Below the pieces are notes generated by a model. The model did no database searches, had not been told where the DNA came from, and saw only the letters and a program-made list of their open reading frames with translations. This document shows, piece by piece, positions 36,147-47,884 of a stretch of DNA of 64,000 nt (position 1 is its first letter; every line of letters starts with the position of its first letter). The translations under genes and the position numbers were made by a program. The DNA is from Botryllus schlosseri (lineage: Eukaryota): contig CM119373.1 in the NCBI GenBank assembly GCA_051294905.1, positions 9,176,001 through 9,240,000 of the forward strand, written 5' to 3'.

Positions 36147-37256
36147 CCCTAAACCTAACATTATATGCCATACCCCTCTCCTATTATCCCTATACCGCTA
36201 TAATTGCCACTAATACATATTTTAGATATCTATACCACATACACACCTTCATATACTCTCCGCCATCATACATACCCCACTCAGCTTGATAGTCACATCT
36301 TCAAATAGCCAGCTTCTGTAAATTCACATCTCTTTGTTATATTCGATCGTAAAAATTCCAAATGGATCCACTACAGAAATCATATACTGTGCCTTAAAAT
36401 GTGAAGTATATTTTTCTGTTTCGCTGCCTTCGGCAGCTCAACACAGTGACACCATGTAATATTTTAATTGACACTTTTTTGTACGTGTAGTTTGACATTT
36501 TACTGTACGCGTTGACACTTTTCTGTACGTGTATTGTACTACAACGTGTATTATACTACAAACACCTTATATCGTATCCAATTTTAGGAGCACAGCTTAC
36601 TTCACGCATTTCTAATATAAACTACATCTTTGTGCCTATGACGTCATAAAGTACACAATTCTGGAATCTGGAAAGCTCTCTCGCGCACTATGATGTCATA
36701 ATATGTATATGTTCAAAATTCGAAATCTTTTTGCGTTGCTCTCTTTGCGTTACTTTCGCTTTATCACCTGATAAAGGAGTAGAGCTCCGAAAGCTCGTGT
36801 AACTATAATAAAGTTATATTCACACAAGTGGACGGTAAACTGGGTGTGGAAGCTATCAAGGTCTCACGCATTTGAGACAGATCACTAGCTCTTCTATTCA
36901 TAGGCCCTGTAACACAGTTGTTACATGATGCATAATATTGATTCATATCTGCACAGTTGGCCCAAGCTTTTTCACTATAAATTCTATTTCGAAATTCAAG
37001 ACTGAGTTTGAAGTTTATAACCAAATGCTGTGGTATCATACTACAAGGTATATGGAAAACCCACCTCCCAATCTATTATCTGTACCTCGCCTCGAACTGC
37101 TAACAGAGCTTTTGAATGAGAAGTCCGCACTAGAGCAGGGGTCTGAAAAACATTGGCATACTAATAATTACCGGTCGGTATGGTATGCTATTCCACATTA
37201 CAACGGATAATTAAACTTCCATGAACTGCATTAGTTGCGGGCTTGTCGGCTCTTTA

Positions 37257-37550
37257 TCACATAAGGTCATATCCATTCATTGTCTCATACACTCCTGACA
37301 AGGCAGGGCGCATATGATATCTCTCCCCTCCTGTCCTTTTCTGATCATCTTTATACTCTCTTAGTAGCTTTTGCACCCCAAAATCTACCTGGAACACTTG
37401 TTGAAATATTGCTGTAGGCATCCCTGTGTTTACTACTCTTTTTACTATCTTTTCGTGGTATAAAGTCCACTGCTCAACCAATACAACCGTTTCCTCCACC
37501 GTCCAAGTATATCCCCTTGACTGTGCATAGTCATCGCTAGCCATTTTCAC
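37257..37550 (-). pseudogene. Myb/SANT (trihelix-like) DNA-binding remnant, probably Harbinger-derived
   Basis: YTWTVEETVVLVEQW..QKLLREYKDDQKRTGG. Confidence 0.55.
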
Positions 37551-38029
37551 TGGCTAAATAAATAACGTCAGGAGTAACCAAAATAACTAACATCTCGTGT
37601 CATGATCATATCTGATATCAACTGTCGTACTCGAAGGACACCAGCAGTACCGGTACCGTAAGTCAATATGAATAGAGGGTTTTCGAAAAGCACGAAATGA
37701 TTGACAGTTAGGTGAAATGAGTACGGCGCCACCTACGTTCAATGTTCATATTGCACATATTTTAAAAACATTTACGGAAAATATTACGTTCACGCCAGAG
37801 GGGTTACGTTCGTATTGAATGATTTCGATAAATGTTTACAGGATACAATGTTACCGAAACTCAGTATGACTCAGTATGAAGCATGACGACACCCTAACTG
37901 TGCAGTTGAACGTTTTAATCATCATTATCCTAGCCTATAGTATGAACATAGTCAGTAGTTTGAGGCTGACAGAACCTGCTTACTTCGGCCTCATCTACAA
38001 AAAATATGGTATTACCAACCATTTGACAG

Positions 38030-38430
38030 AAAATGGCTGAATGATCTATTTTGCAGCAGTGGCTGAGAGAGGACAAATTCAATGCCATCAGCAGTTTTTG
38101 ATCTATAACCCTGAAAAATCACAACCGCGAGGGGCTGATTCGTCATTCTCAAACGCAAAAACACCAATATAATTTCAATGCCAGAAAGAGTCTGCTGATT
38201 TATCCAAAATTCGAAACCGAAAGATATTCCTTTAGGAGAAAAGGTGTCAAGAGCAGAATTATTCATAACTGGATTTATGGCAGAGCATGACACTCCTTTT
38301 AGGCAGGCAGCTCATTTTATTGAGACAATGAAGAAAGCTTGTCCTGACAGCCAAATCCCTAAAAGCATGACTTTGAAGAAAAACAAGGCCTCATACTTAC
38401 TTAATGCAACATGGGATGAGGATACCCCCA
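38030..38430 (+). pseudogene. hAT transposase N-terminal remnant
   Basis: RAELFITGFMAEHDTPF..HFIETMKKACPDSQIPKSM resembles the AEH..PF..FPDS motif of hAT N-termini. Confidence 0.6.
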
Positions 38431-38694
38431 AAGATGTGTGGATTTCATAGAAGGCAGGCATATATAAGCGATCCAGAATTGCTACTAACATACAGCATGA
38501 AAGAGAGGGAGGTGAAGAAAGATGCCGCACGGCTATTCGAGAAGCTGAACGAGGAGCGCAAGTGGTTGGGGAGGCCGCCCTGGCGCGCCATATATGCCAA
38601 TTGATGAAAGAGAATGAAATGGTTCAGTCAGAGCGAGATACCATGCACCACAACATAAGAACGAAGTCGCTAAACCAGATCAAGCCTGAGGCTA

Positions 38695-38955
38695 ATGAAG
38701 ATTAATGACATCAGCGTCACACCAACAACTAAATACTGTCTTCAAATGACGGGCGAGGCCACCGCGATGACTGCTGACATTCTCAACCAGTTATTTGGTG
38801 TTGGACGATTTTTTAACTGGCTTCCTGAATTCTTGCTTTCACACTCCGTTATGGTGGTCGATCCATTTGCTCCACCTTCCAACGACAATACGTTGAAGGA
38901 GTTCGGCAATATCTTGCACAACAACAACATATTTGTCATGCTCTTGAGCCCCTAA
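38695..38955 (+). pseudogene. Possible degenerate superfamily-3 helicase (parvovirus NS1-like) fragment
   Basis: CLQMTGEATA-MT looks like a damaged Walker A. SVMVVDPFAPPSNDNTLK resembles the Walker B/B' region of invertebrate parvovirus NS1, as recalled from memory. Confidence 0.3.
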
Positions 38956-40362
38956 CTCGACAGCGTTATAGAGACTCATTTCAATGTCCTAAGGAAAGCA
39001 GATTACAAACAAGAGGAATCTCCTCCATTTTACAGGAGATACAGGAAAACGCGATTGTGATTTTCGTTGATTCCAATCAAAGTAATGAAAGTATTCCATA
39101 TCATTCAGGGAAATTTGCAGATAAGATTATGCATATTGTACTGGGGCGTGTCGCCTCAACTTCACATTTGATGCTCGGATATTTGGGAAGACATGAGCAA
39201 AATAAGGATGGCATATCTGAGATTTGCAAAAGCACCACTGATCGATGTAAGAGACCTTGTGTGACGGGAAACGTACCATGTACGTACATCAGTGGCGGCT
39301 CGTCCTATAGGGCAACTGGGGCATTGCCCCACCTAATATTCTGTTCAATAACAATTCTTTACCATTTATAGACGCACACCAATCTATTTATACCGAAATC
39401 ACAGCGAAAATCGTATTCTTCTTGTCCTTTCGCTTGTAAATTCCCATTTATAGCGAAGTCTCTGCGAAAATCGAATTCTCTTCCGTGTTTCCGCTTTGCG
39501 AATGCCTAGCCGGGGCATGCCCCGGTAGCGCTCATAACAAGCTTTCACTGTCTATTCTCACAAAGCCGCGCACAATAAAGAAACGGTGATTTACTCTCTC
39601 CTATTCGTAAAATGGCCGGGCAACCGGGGCAAATAGCCTGGTCGCCGCTAAGGTGTGATGTAACAATCGTATCTATATCTGAACTCGAGTACCGTAATAT
39701 GCGTTTAGTCGACCTTTGCTGGTATAGGTCGATTTTGATGGTGCCATCATTAAGTTACTTGTTTACGTTGGAAAACGCCATTGTGACGTCATCCTAATAA
39801 AAAGTAGCTTGCAGCCCTTTCCGCACCACCCGATATTGTCACGAGCCGCCACTGACGTACATGCGCAGAGTACCCAGATAACAATACACAAGGATCGATT
39901 GAACAGCAAATCACCCTTAAATATGACTTTTTGGAAGGAAGAATCAATCCCAGTGACAACTTCGCGCAAATTCATGAGAAAAGTCATCATACATTCCAGA
40001 CCAGTAAACTGGTAACGATAGTTGTCGCATGTTTATCCGTAGACTGTCATGTATAGTATTCAATAAGTATGTCTATTTCCCGCCAGTGGTAGTTTTTTTT
40101 TTAGTGATCGTATGTGACTAGTCAGTTATAGATGATCATCGTAAGCTCGTCTTGATGCTTTTCTTAAATGCGCGGACCCATGGTGACATAGGTGGAGCCA
40201 AACATGTTTACTATACAAATACATACCCATTTTGAAGCATCAGCGACGTGGCGTCAGGCAATGCCTCACCTGGCTACCGTATTTTCAACATTTTGCCACC
40301 AAAATCACGCAACTTGCTTATCCTATTCATTGTTAGAAAATAAAGTTTGAAACATATGCTAA

Positions 40363-41990
40363 GGGCCGAGGCCAATTCTTCCACTCGGTAACGATTCTCT
40401 ACTCAGCAACGATTTCGATACTCGCACTCAAATGCGTCCGAATCTGCACTCAAGTCCAAGTCAGACCAGACTTCAGTGTCAATTTACACTGCCGAGCAGT
40501 CAACCGCAGGACGTACCTTGGCATATCAGCCAATTGGCCGGCTGAACGAAACAAATCTGTATGCTGCGGAGTTAGCAGTTAGCATTTCGTTGAGTAAAAG
40601 AGAGTTGGTTGTGGGTATGATACGATGGGTTGGTAATCTTGGTATGTATGTGGACTTCTACTACAACATTTTGAACTTTCTTGTTGCACAAGGTCTAGAA
40701 ATAACGGTCATTGATGTTATTTGAGAGATACAGAAATATGGCTTCTGATGCAATCGTGCGACGGGAGCCGAATTTTAAGGCAAAGCCCCTTAATAAAATA
40801 TAAAGTTAGTGTGGCTTTCAAGGAGCGGGCTAGGTAGCTGTTGTCAATGGAATTTAATGCTGCCGGTATCAGCTGCGAGCGATCAGTCCAATGCCTCAAA
40901 AAAGATGGCAGAACATGAAAAATCGCTACAAGGCAGATGCCGCGCAGCTTAAGAAAGAGCAGCGCAAAACTGGGGAAGGGACAATAGAGGTTGATGTTGA
41001 CCCTCTGGGTAAGGGAGTGGGATGTGTGTTGGAATTTGGGAGTGGGATGTGTGTTGGAATTTCCATGTTATGTGGGGCGGCTCAACATGAAAATTTGCTT
41101 CATAGCCGTCGTTCCGGGACAAATATCCGACCTAAATAATCCCTTCAACGATGATGTGAATAGAGAGATATTATCTTATGTGTATTATTATTATATTCTT
41201 TATTCACAGTAGAACTGGTAAATAAACACATAATCCGGGAAGCAACCTGCCCCCAAAGGAAAATGGCGAGATTGAAGTAAATTTTTAAAATTTCAGTAAT
41301 AGAGTCAAATTGTTATCACTATTATATTCTTATTCACAGTAAGAAACTGGTCAATACACACATAATCCGGGGAGCAACCTGCACCCAAAGGAAAATGGCG
41401 AGATCTGAGTAAATTTTTAAAATTCCAACAATGCAGTCAAATTGTTATTCCTATGCAATACATGGAGAAGTCAATTACAGAATTGCAGTAGATGAAGAAT
41501 TGGCAAGGGTTACAGATCAGAGGTAGAGATGATTGAAAATGAAGAATCGAAATTACAGAAATGATGCTGTGATTCACTAGTATAATTTTAGTCTAGTGGT
41601 GCATTCAAGGCCTTCCGAAGAATATGCACAGTTCCCAATACCGTGATCTTTTGGATCATGTCGAATCGAACGAACGTTACCCGGAATCTGTTGGATATGT
41701 CTCGTTAGTTTTTTGCTTACGGATCCTGTAGCGCCAATGACGATCGGTACAATGTTTATTTTGCATCGCCACATCTTCTCACATTCCATTTTTAGGTCCG
41801 CGTATTTAGACTGCTTTTCTGATTCTTTTTGTTGTATATTGTGATCAGCTGGGACAGCCAGTTCAATGAATAAGCATTCTCTCTTTTAGTTTGGTGATCA
41901 TATTACAAATATGGGTGGTGCTTATGTGTATAGTGAATACCGAATACTTTTTCATAATTTTAGTTGTAGTACTCAATTCCGCAAGCTTGA
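40363..41990 (+). mobile_element. Partial second copy of Harbinger family B (TIR plus decayed Myb/SANT gene from ATG 40738)
   Basis: TAA|GGGCCGAGGCCAATTC start; colinear with the reverse complement of 18210-19160; deletion and frameshifts in the Myb ORF. Confidence 0.9.
41186..41920 (-). mobile_element. 5'-truncated R4/Dong-type non-LTR retrotransposon (restriction-like endonuclease end plus 3' UTR)
   Basis: FIELAVPADHNIQQKESEKQSKYADLKMECEKMWRCKINIVPIVIGATG; (TAA)n tail; 11-bp TSD CTTATGTGTAT (41175-41185, 41921-41931). Confidence 0.88.
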
Positions 41991-42329
41991 AAGAAGTGTC
42001 TGTAACTATCCATTAAATCAATGAGCATTCTCACGGAATTTCAGGTTTTACAGTAAAGACTGTGCGGCAGCATCTACTACTGTTCTCCTTGTCATCAATG
42101 TATGAAGCTCAAAGTGAAGCATGAAGAGTAAAGACTCATAAATTCGTAAATTACGTAGGGTGGAAAAAGTGGAAGGCAGCAAGTTGAGTTCCCAGGCAGT
42201 AGTCACAACTGTTTCAAAAGAGAGGCTTCAAGCTACAGTTACTGGATATAGAAAATAGTAAGAATATAGCAGTGTGGCTGGAAACGGAAACCACTAATGT
42301 ATATTACTCAATCTTGATTTAATGAATAT

Positions 42330-42800
42330 AGGATGCCTGATTTGGTTAATGAATTGGAAGAATCAGGGCTTCAAGGGTTACACGAAATGGAGGGAATTAT
42401 TCAGAATTGCTCCAATGATGATGAATACTTGAAACAATGGTTGACAACTCAACAAGCACTCCCTGAGTGCTGGAAATTTGGAAGAAGATATCCACCTTCA
42501 GTCATTAAGTGCCTTTTTGAAATGCACATTTTAAGCTTGTCAATTGAGCATTGCTTGTGCTTTACAGATATTGTCTTGTGATGTATGCCAAGTCATCTTC
42601 TGCGTATCGACGCCTCCAGCGCATCATGGTACTGCCTTCATCTCGAACACTGAGAAGACATAAAATGGAAGGATCTGGAAGAGCTAGCTGTGGCTTTCAA
42701 GCAAGTGTTGCTGAAGGACTGCTGGTGGCGATAACTAAATCTGAGAATGAGTTTGATAAAATGGTGGCGGTAGCTGTGGATGAAATGTCCATACGAAGTA
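42330..42800 (+). pseudogene. P-element/THAP9-like transposase fragment with a 59-nt intron
   Basis: Splicing 42509-42567 (GT..TTTACAG) gives GRRYPPSVIKYCLVMYAKSSSAYRRLQRIMVLPSSRTLR..VAVDEMSIR. Confidence 0.78.
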
Positions 42801-42869
42801 AGAGCTGTCAAACTGCAAGTCGCCTAAACACCCGCAGTATTTAGTCTGCCGCTGTGCGGACGGCACCGC

Positions 42870-43150
42870 TATGACACCCTTATTGTCTATACTGGAAAGA
42901 AATTACGCGGCGCGGGGCTGATGAGTACCAGGGATCCAATATGCCGTGAGAGACAACGGCAGGATAAATAGCGAGATATTTGCGGACTGGTTCAAAAAAT
43001 TCAGCAAGAACGTGGCGAAGCGACCACTTCTGTTGATATTTGACGGCCATTTGAACCACGTATCACTAAAAGTGATCGACTACGCTATGAAAGAAAATAT
43101 ATAATTTATTGAAATTCCCGCTGCACCTGACGGATGTATTGCAACCACTC
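42870..43150 (+). pseudogene. pogo/Tigger DDE fragment
   Basis: NGRINSEIFADWFKKF..RPLLLIFDGHLNHVSLKVI. Confidence 0.72.
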
Positions 43151-43382
43151 AATGTAGCGTGTTTCGGCCCAATCGAATAAAAAAAATGAGAGGATGTCTT
43201 AAATAGTTGGGTAAATGTACATTGTACATGGCAAGTGAGACTGGGAAATTTCGCAGCCCAATTCGGTAAAGGAGATTGGAGTTGCGGTCTTTAAAAAAGT
43301 ACATAAGTGAACACCCCAAAAAGCTCAACAAATGCGTGTTAGAAGGTAGCGTGGGTGATGTAACTTTGGACAGTGGCACGCA

Positions 43383-43603
43383 GGGGGTTACCATACGTCC
43401 TCTTTTAAGAGGATTTGTATTTTTTAACAAAATTGTAAAGATGAAAAATATCCGGTTTTTCGGGAGTCGAGACAAAGTGACGACCTTTTTTGTTTTTTAG
43501 TCAGCACAGAATTTGTTGTAGAAAATTGTTCAAATTCAACAGTTTTCTTCGTCGGAGTTTTTGAAAAGTGTCCTTTTTCGGATCTCAAAATATGGTAATT
43601 CTA
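43383..43603. mobile_element. hAT MITE (AAAAGAGGAC family), degenerate reverse copy
   Basis: GGTTACCATACGTCCTCTTTTAAGAGG..AAAATATGGTAAT; TIRs degraded, TSD not preserved. Confidence 0.7.
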
Positions 43604-44199
43604 GAGCTAGACACTCTGGACATTCAAGTTTCACTGCCTGAACCGTGCTTCAGCACTTTGTTGTATGAGCGAATGGGTCCAAAACCAGAAGCCGTCCATG
43701 AGGAGTGAGATCCCGCGTGTTTTTTAGTTCAATACTTCGACCCAAGCCTCGACCTCTTCAGAGGTCAAAAATTCTAGCTTCGAGTAATTAATTTTCAAAA
43801 GGATGAAAGGGCCGATCAACGTCATAGTGCTTTCTTTGCTTGGTCTGTTTAGTAGATATGGCTGATGTTCAATTGGATATATGGCTCATTTAAAATGAGT
43901 ATGTCGTGCTTGGTTGGTTGAGTTTACTGCACATGGTAGCATGCACCAAAGAAATAAATGGTGCGATGTGTCTGGAATCGGCGTGGCCAGACACTTGACA
44001 GTAATATAACACTAACGTCAGCCACATGTAAATCCAATTTGAAACAATCTGGTCATCTCAAAATACACGCCTGACTGTAATATTAGAGATACCTGAAGTA
44101 GTTCCAGCCTACATGTTCTCCGGTACATTTCCAAACCGGGACTCTCAATGGTAAACTAGGCAGTTCTACATGTCAGCAGGATTACAAGCTGGCATATAC

Positions 44200-45545
44200 A
44201 TTAACCGACATCCACACCTATTTCTTCACAGTCCCAAAACGACATGGCGAAAAACTGTAATTGTTAATGAGCATTAACTTCCAACATCTTCCTTAAAATA
44301 CATGATTATATGGAGAATGAGGATGTTTGGGTCTGGAATCTGCTCTGATTTCTTGGCATTCAACATCTCCACACAATTGCTTTTTATGAATGTGACCGTA
44401 TGAAACACACATCTCCAAAACATCCTTCGTATAATTGACATCAACCACAGTTAATTTTCATATGTGTTTGCATAACACTCTGATCACTCGCTCATAAATA
44501 AGCAATAAAAAGGTTTCACAAGCAGATTTGTTCCTTAATATTGAGCATACAATCAACATAAATAGCCAACTAAAGGTAAAAGGAGAAACTCCTCCTTTTT
44601 TCTGAAATGCATCCAAATGGCGTGTCGGCAATTGAACATTAGCAAAAATGAACTTTTGTTTGAATGACCAACTATTCTTTACCCGCAATCAAGTTGCAAA
44701 ACTCTTGGGGTGGGACTGCAAACAGCTCAAAGATGGCATAGGGAACATTTCTAAGAGTGTCTGGTACGCTTGGCAAGAAACAGAACGTAAAAGCAAGCAG
44801 TACCGGATCATATTGCCAGAGAAGATGGCATGGCCAACAGCCTTGTAGTATCTTAGATTATGCAGCTTCTTTTAAAATATCTACTTCGGGATCCACGTCA
44901 TCAAGACTGTCCAAATAGCTCGGGAAGTTTAGTAGCGCACATTTCCGTTTGAGCCTAGCATTGCCGGTTGAGCTGAACCATGTCGGTAAAGGCACAGGTA
45001 TCCCATTATGTTGCAACTGCACCCTCAATCAGCTGTCGATTTTTATGGCATTCTTGATTTTAGGAAAGCCTTCCAAACATAACTCGTGGTACATAACATG
45101 CTGATCCCCTGCTTTATGACATGTATACTTGGGAGGGGCAAGACTAGCATCGATCTCTTCAAACCCCTTGACTGTATCGGATGCATTGAAATCCTCTAAC
45201 TGATCTGGTTGTTTCGATCGATCTCGCGGAGGTGCCCGTGTTGTTCAGCTACTGGGCAGAGTTGAGGGAAGTGCCCGTTGTGCTGACGAATAAATCGTAG
45301 ATACGGGATTCAATTCTCAACGTAATGTATGACGTTTTCTGTGCAGAATATAACGGTCTTCGAAGTGTTTGATACATACTACCGAAAATTTGGTCGGTGT
45401 CCACTGTCCATGCAGCACACAGTTCCTTATTATTAAGGGGAAAGCGAAAACTTGAGACTTTAGCAGATTTGGCAGTAGTATATCCAGAAGTACATCCGAC
45501 CACGCAACACTCAAGAAACATAGTCTATTATTAACCACACTAGAA
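44200..45545 (-). pseudogene. THAP + P-element-type transposase remnant
   Basis: THAP CCVVGCTSGY..SFRFPLNNKELCAAW..WTPTKFSVVCIKHF; then LRYYKAVG..MIRYCLLLRSVSCQAYQTLLEMFPMPS. Confidence 0.75.
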
Positions 45546-46029
45546 ACGAATATTAACAAATGACAGATCACCAACATGAGTACTGGTAAGCCAATAGAGA
45601 AATAATACAATGAAGCTGTTGGAACACAACGTTCTTCGCATCATATTGAACCAGCGACACTGTCGAGAAACCATAACCTGATTGCTAACTAAACTATAAA
45701 ATACTCCTCGTGAATTTCATCTAAATAACACTAGAAAACAAATACAATGCGACGAACACGACCACAACGCTACACTCGAACTTCTGCAAATTTCTGACCA
45801 CCACGAAAACAACTCCGCCGGTATACGGCCGTAAACCAAACTTTACGCTGATTGGTCGAGAGACAATGGCCATGGATACGGCGAAACAACGGAGGACGCT
45901 GCATTTACCTAAGCGTAGTTGATACTACATTATATTCATATAGCCGTGTAGACAGTATAAAAACGACAAGATTACAGCTAATGCTTATTTGTTCATCAAT
46001 AACAGAATTATTAGGAAGGGAAATTAAAT

Positions 46030-46580
46030 ATTTAGTAACATATACTAAAATATAATGCCGAAATACTGCTGATTTTGATTTGTTTTTGATACGCCCGCAA
46101 ATTTTTAGAACATATGGAAAATGGTACAAGTTCTTCTGTTAAATTCCATAAATGGCATCGAAATGCTTCGATCAGTCGCAGCAATTTCCGCCATTCAGAG
46201 GAGAAAGCTCGCAACCAATAATTATTATAAAAGAATGCAACGAAGGCCTCAAACTGCCCCAACGAAGCCTTGGTCACCATTGCTTCGTTAAGTGGTGGAC
46301 TTTCAAGAACAGCATCTTCAATATGTAAATCGCAGAATCTACCATCCTCGGTGATGTGCGCATGGTTTTCGAAATTGTTTCATAACGAAAGGCAAAGCAT
46401 GCAACTCCTCAGAATCATCTCGGGGTAGGTAGTGACTGGTTTTATCTATTTCTTCGAAGGATGTTTTTGCAACCAGCACATCGTCTTCGATATTTAGTCC
46501 AATACGCAAATGATTGCTTTCATTCTGAAGATTCCAAGACTGCCACTTTCCTTTCAAAACCTCAAATACATCCACTTTGC
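46030..46580 (-). pseudogene. DNA transposase remnant (hATm-like, assignment uncertain)
   Basis: LPRDDSEELHAL, FRKPCAHHRGW and HLWNLTEELV resemble the PRDDY / PGAxHxARW / HLWYL motifs. Confidence 0.55.
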
Positions 46581-47582
46581 GCCCGGTACATAGGCCATGC
46601 CGAAGATCTGCTTAGCGCCCAGTACATAGGCTATGCCGAAGATCTGCTTAAACACCCCGGAGAGAATTATCTCAAGCACTTCGGGACGACATGCGGTCTC
46701 GAGTAATAAGGGGTGACTAAATAATAAGAGCTTTCAACAAAACACAGGCACTATTGAATTTACCTCTGTTGGATGAGGTTGTGTCGAAAAACACATAGCT
46801 AAGCAACGGTCCGCTATGCCCCAGTCATTTTAGCATATTATTGTATTGCGTTGGATTGATTCAACCCTGTTCCAGATGCCAACGCTGTTTGTTGTTCCAA
46901 GCGGCTTTATGTTGTATTGAAAACTTGCCAATATAGCAATGTACTCTTTGAGGACATTTGATTCCCAGTCCTCAGCAGCTTTAGCTTCTCACCTCAATGA
47001 AATTGTGGTTGGTCTGCCATTGATCGGGAATTTGAATTTATTCTTTATGTCTGTTAACATTTTGCTGCGCGCAATATTTCTGGACGTTGTTAAGGTCAGC
47101 ACAAAATCTACAATAAGTGATGATAACACATCATTCAATCTATTTTTTGAAAGCTTATGCCTATTGGACGAAGCAAATACACTACTTTGAGCTGACGTTC
47201 TTCGTAGAACTTTGAAAAAATGAAATTGGGCTTTCTCACGCCACTGCAGCCGGGCATTTCATCTTCTGTAGATCTGAACGAGGCAAAAGAGCCCTCAGTA
47301 CCGCTAATAGATATAATTGTGCCTGGTGATATTACTGGTGACGAAGCACTGTGTCTGGTGATATTACTGGTGACGAAGCACTGACGTTTGAGATTTATTG
47401 AATTCAGATTTCTTATCTAATTTGGTGTTTTTGTGATTCATCGATAGAAAATGCATATCATCATTTTTCTAGAGTTGAAGCCAGCTCTTTGAACATGACG
47501 AATGTAGGTAATCTACCCAAAACATTCATTTTCGACTCCGTCCGACTCGCTGCTACCGTTGGTCTTATTCTTTCCATTGACG

Positions 47583-47884
47583 CCGTTGCTATTTCACAAA
47601 CGAATGAACCGTAATCGCGAGCTTCGGAAGGAATCGTAATCGCACCGCATACATTTGGGGAGAGAGCTCATGGTATACTACAGAATGTGTTCCTTGAATA
47701 TTTTTTCGAATACAATAAAATCCGTCTTTATTTCCGTTGCTATTTCACAAACGAATGAACCGTAATCGCGAGCTTCGGAAGGAATCGTAATCGCACCGCA
47801 TACATTTGGGGAGAGAGCTCATGGTATACTACAGAATGTGTTCCTTGAATATTTTTTCGAATACAATAAAATCCGTCTTTATTT
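47583..47884. repeat. Apparently perfect 151-bp head-to-tail duplication
   Basis: Units 47583-47733 and 47734-47884 read identical. Confidence 0.92.

Larger units (their letters stand above)
31890..36440 (+). mobile_element. A+C-rich Penelope-like retroelement lacking a visible endonuclease, with a long C-rich 3' tail
   Basis: Sharp drop in G content from ~31890 (sampled lines had 3-6 G per 60 nt); RT pseudogene followed by a non-coding tail with CCCTAA/TAACCC motifs. Boundaries are approximate and inferred from composition. Confidence 0.7.

Noticed and set aside
34230-36345. A true interstitial telomeric (TTAGGG)n array
   Set aside because: At most about two degenerate units in a row; the motifs are dispersed in low-complexity sequence.
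36421-36440. U6 5' stem-loop similarity (CTTCGGCAGC)
   Set aside because: Only ~10 nt match and no downstream U6 sequence.
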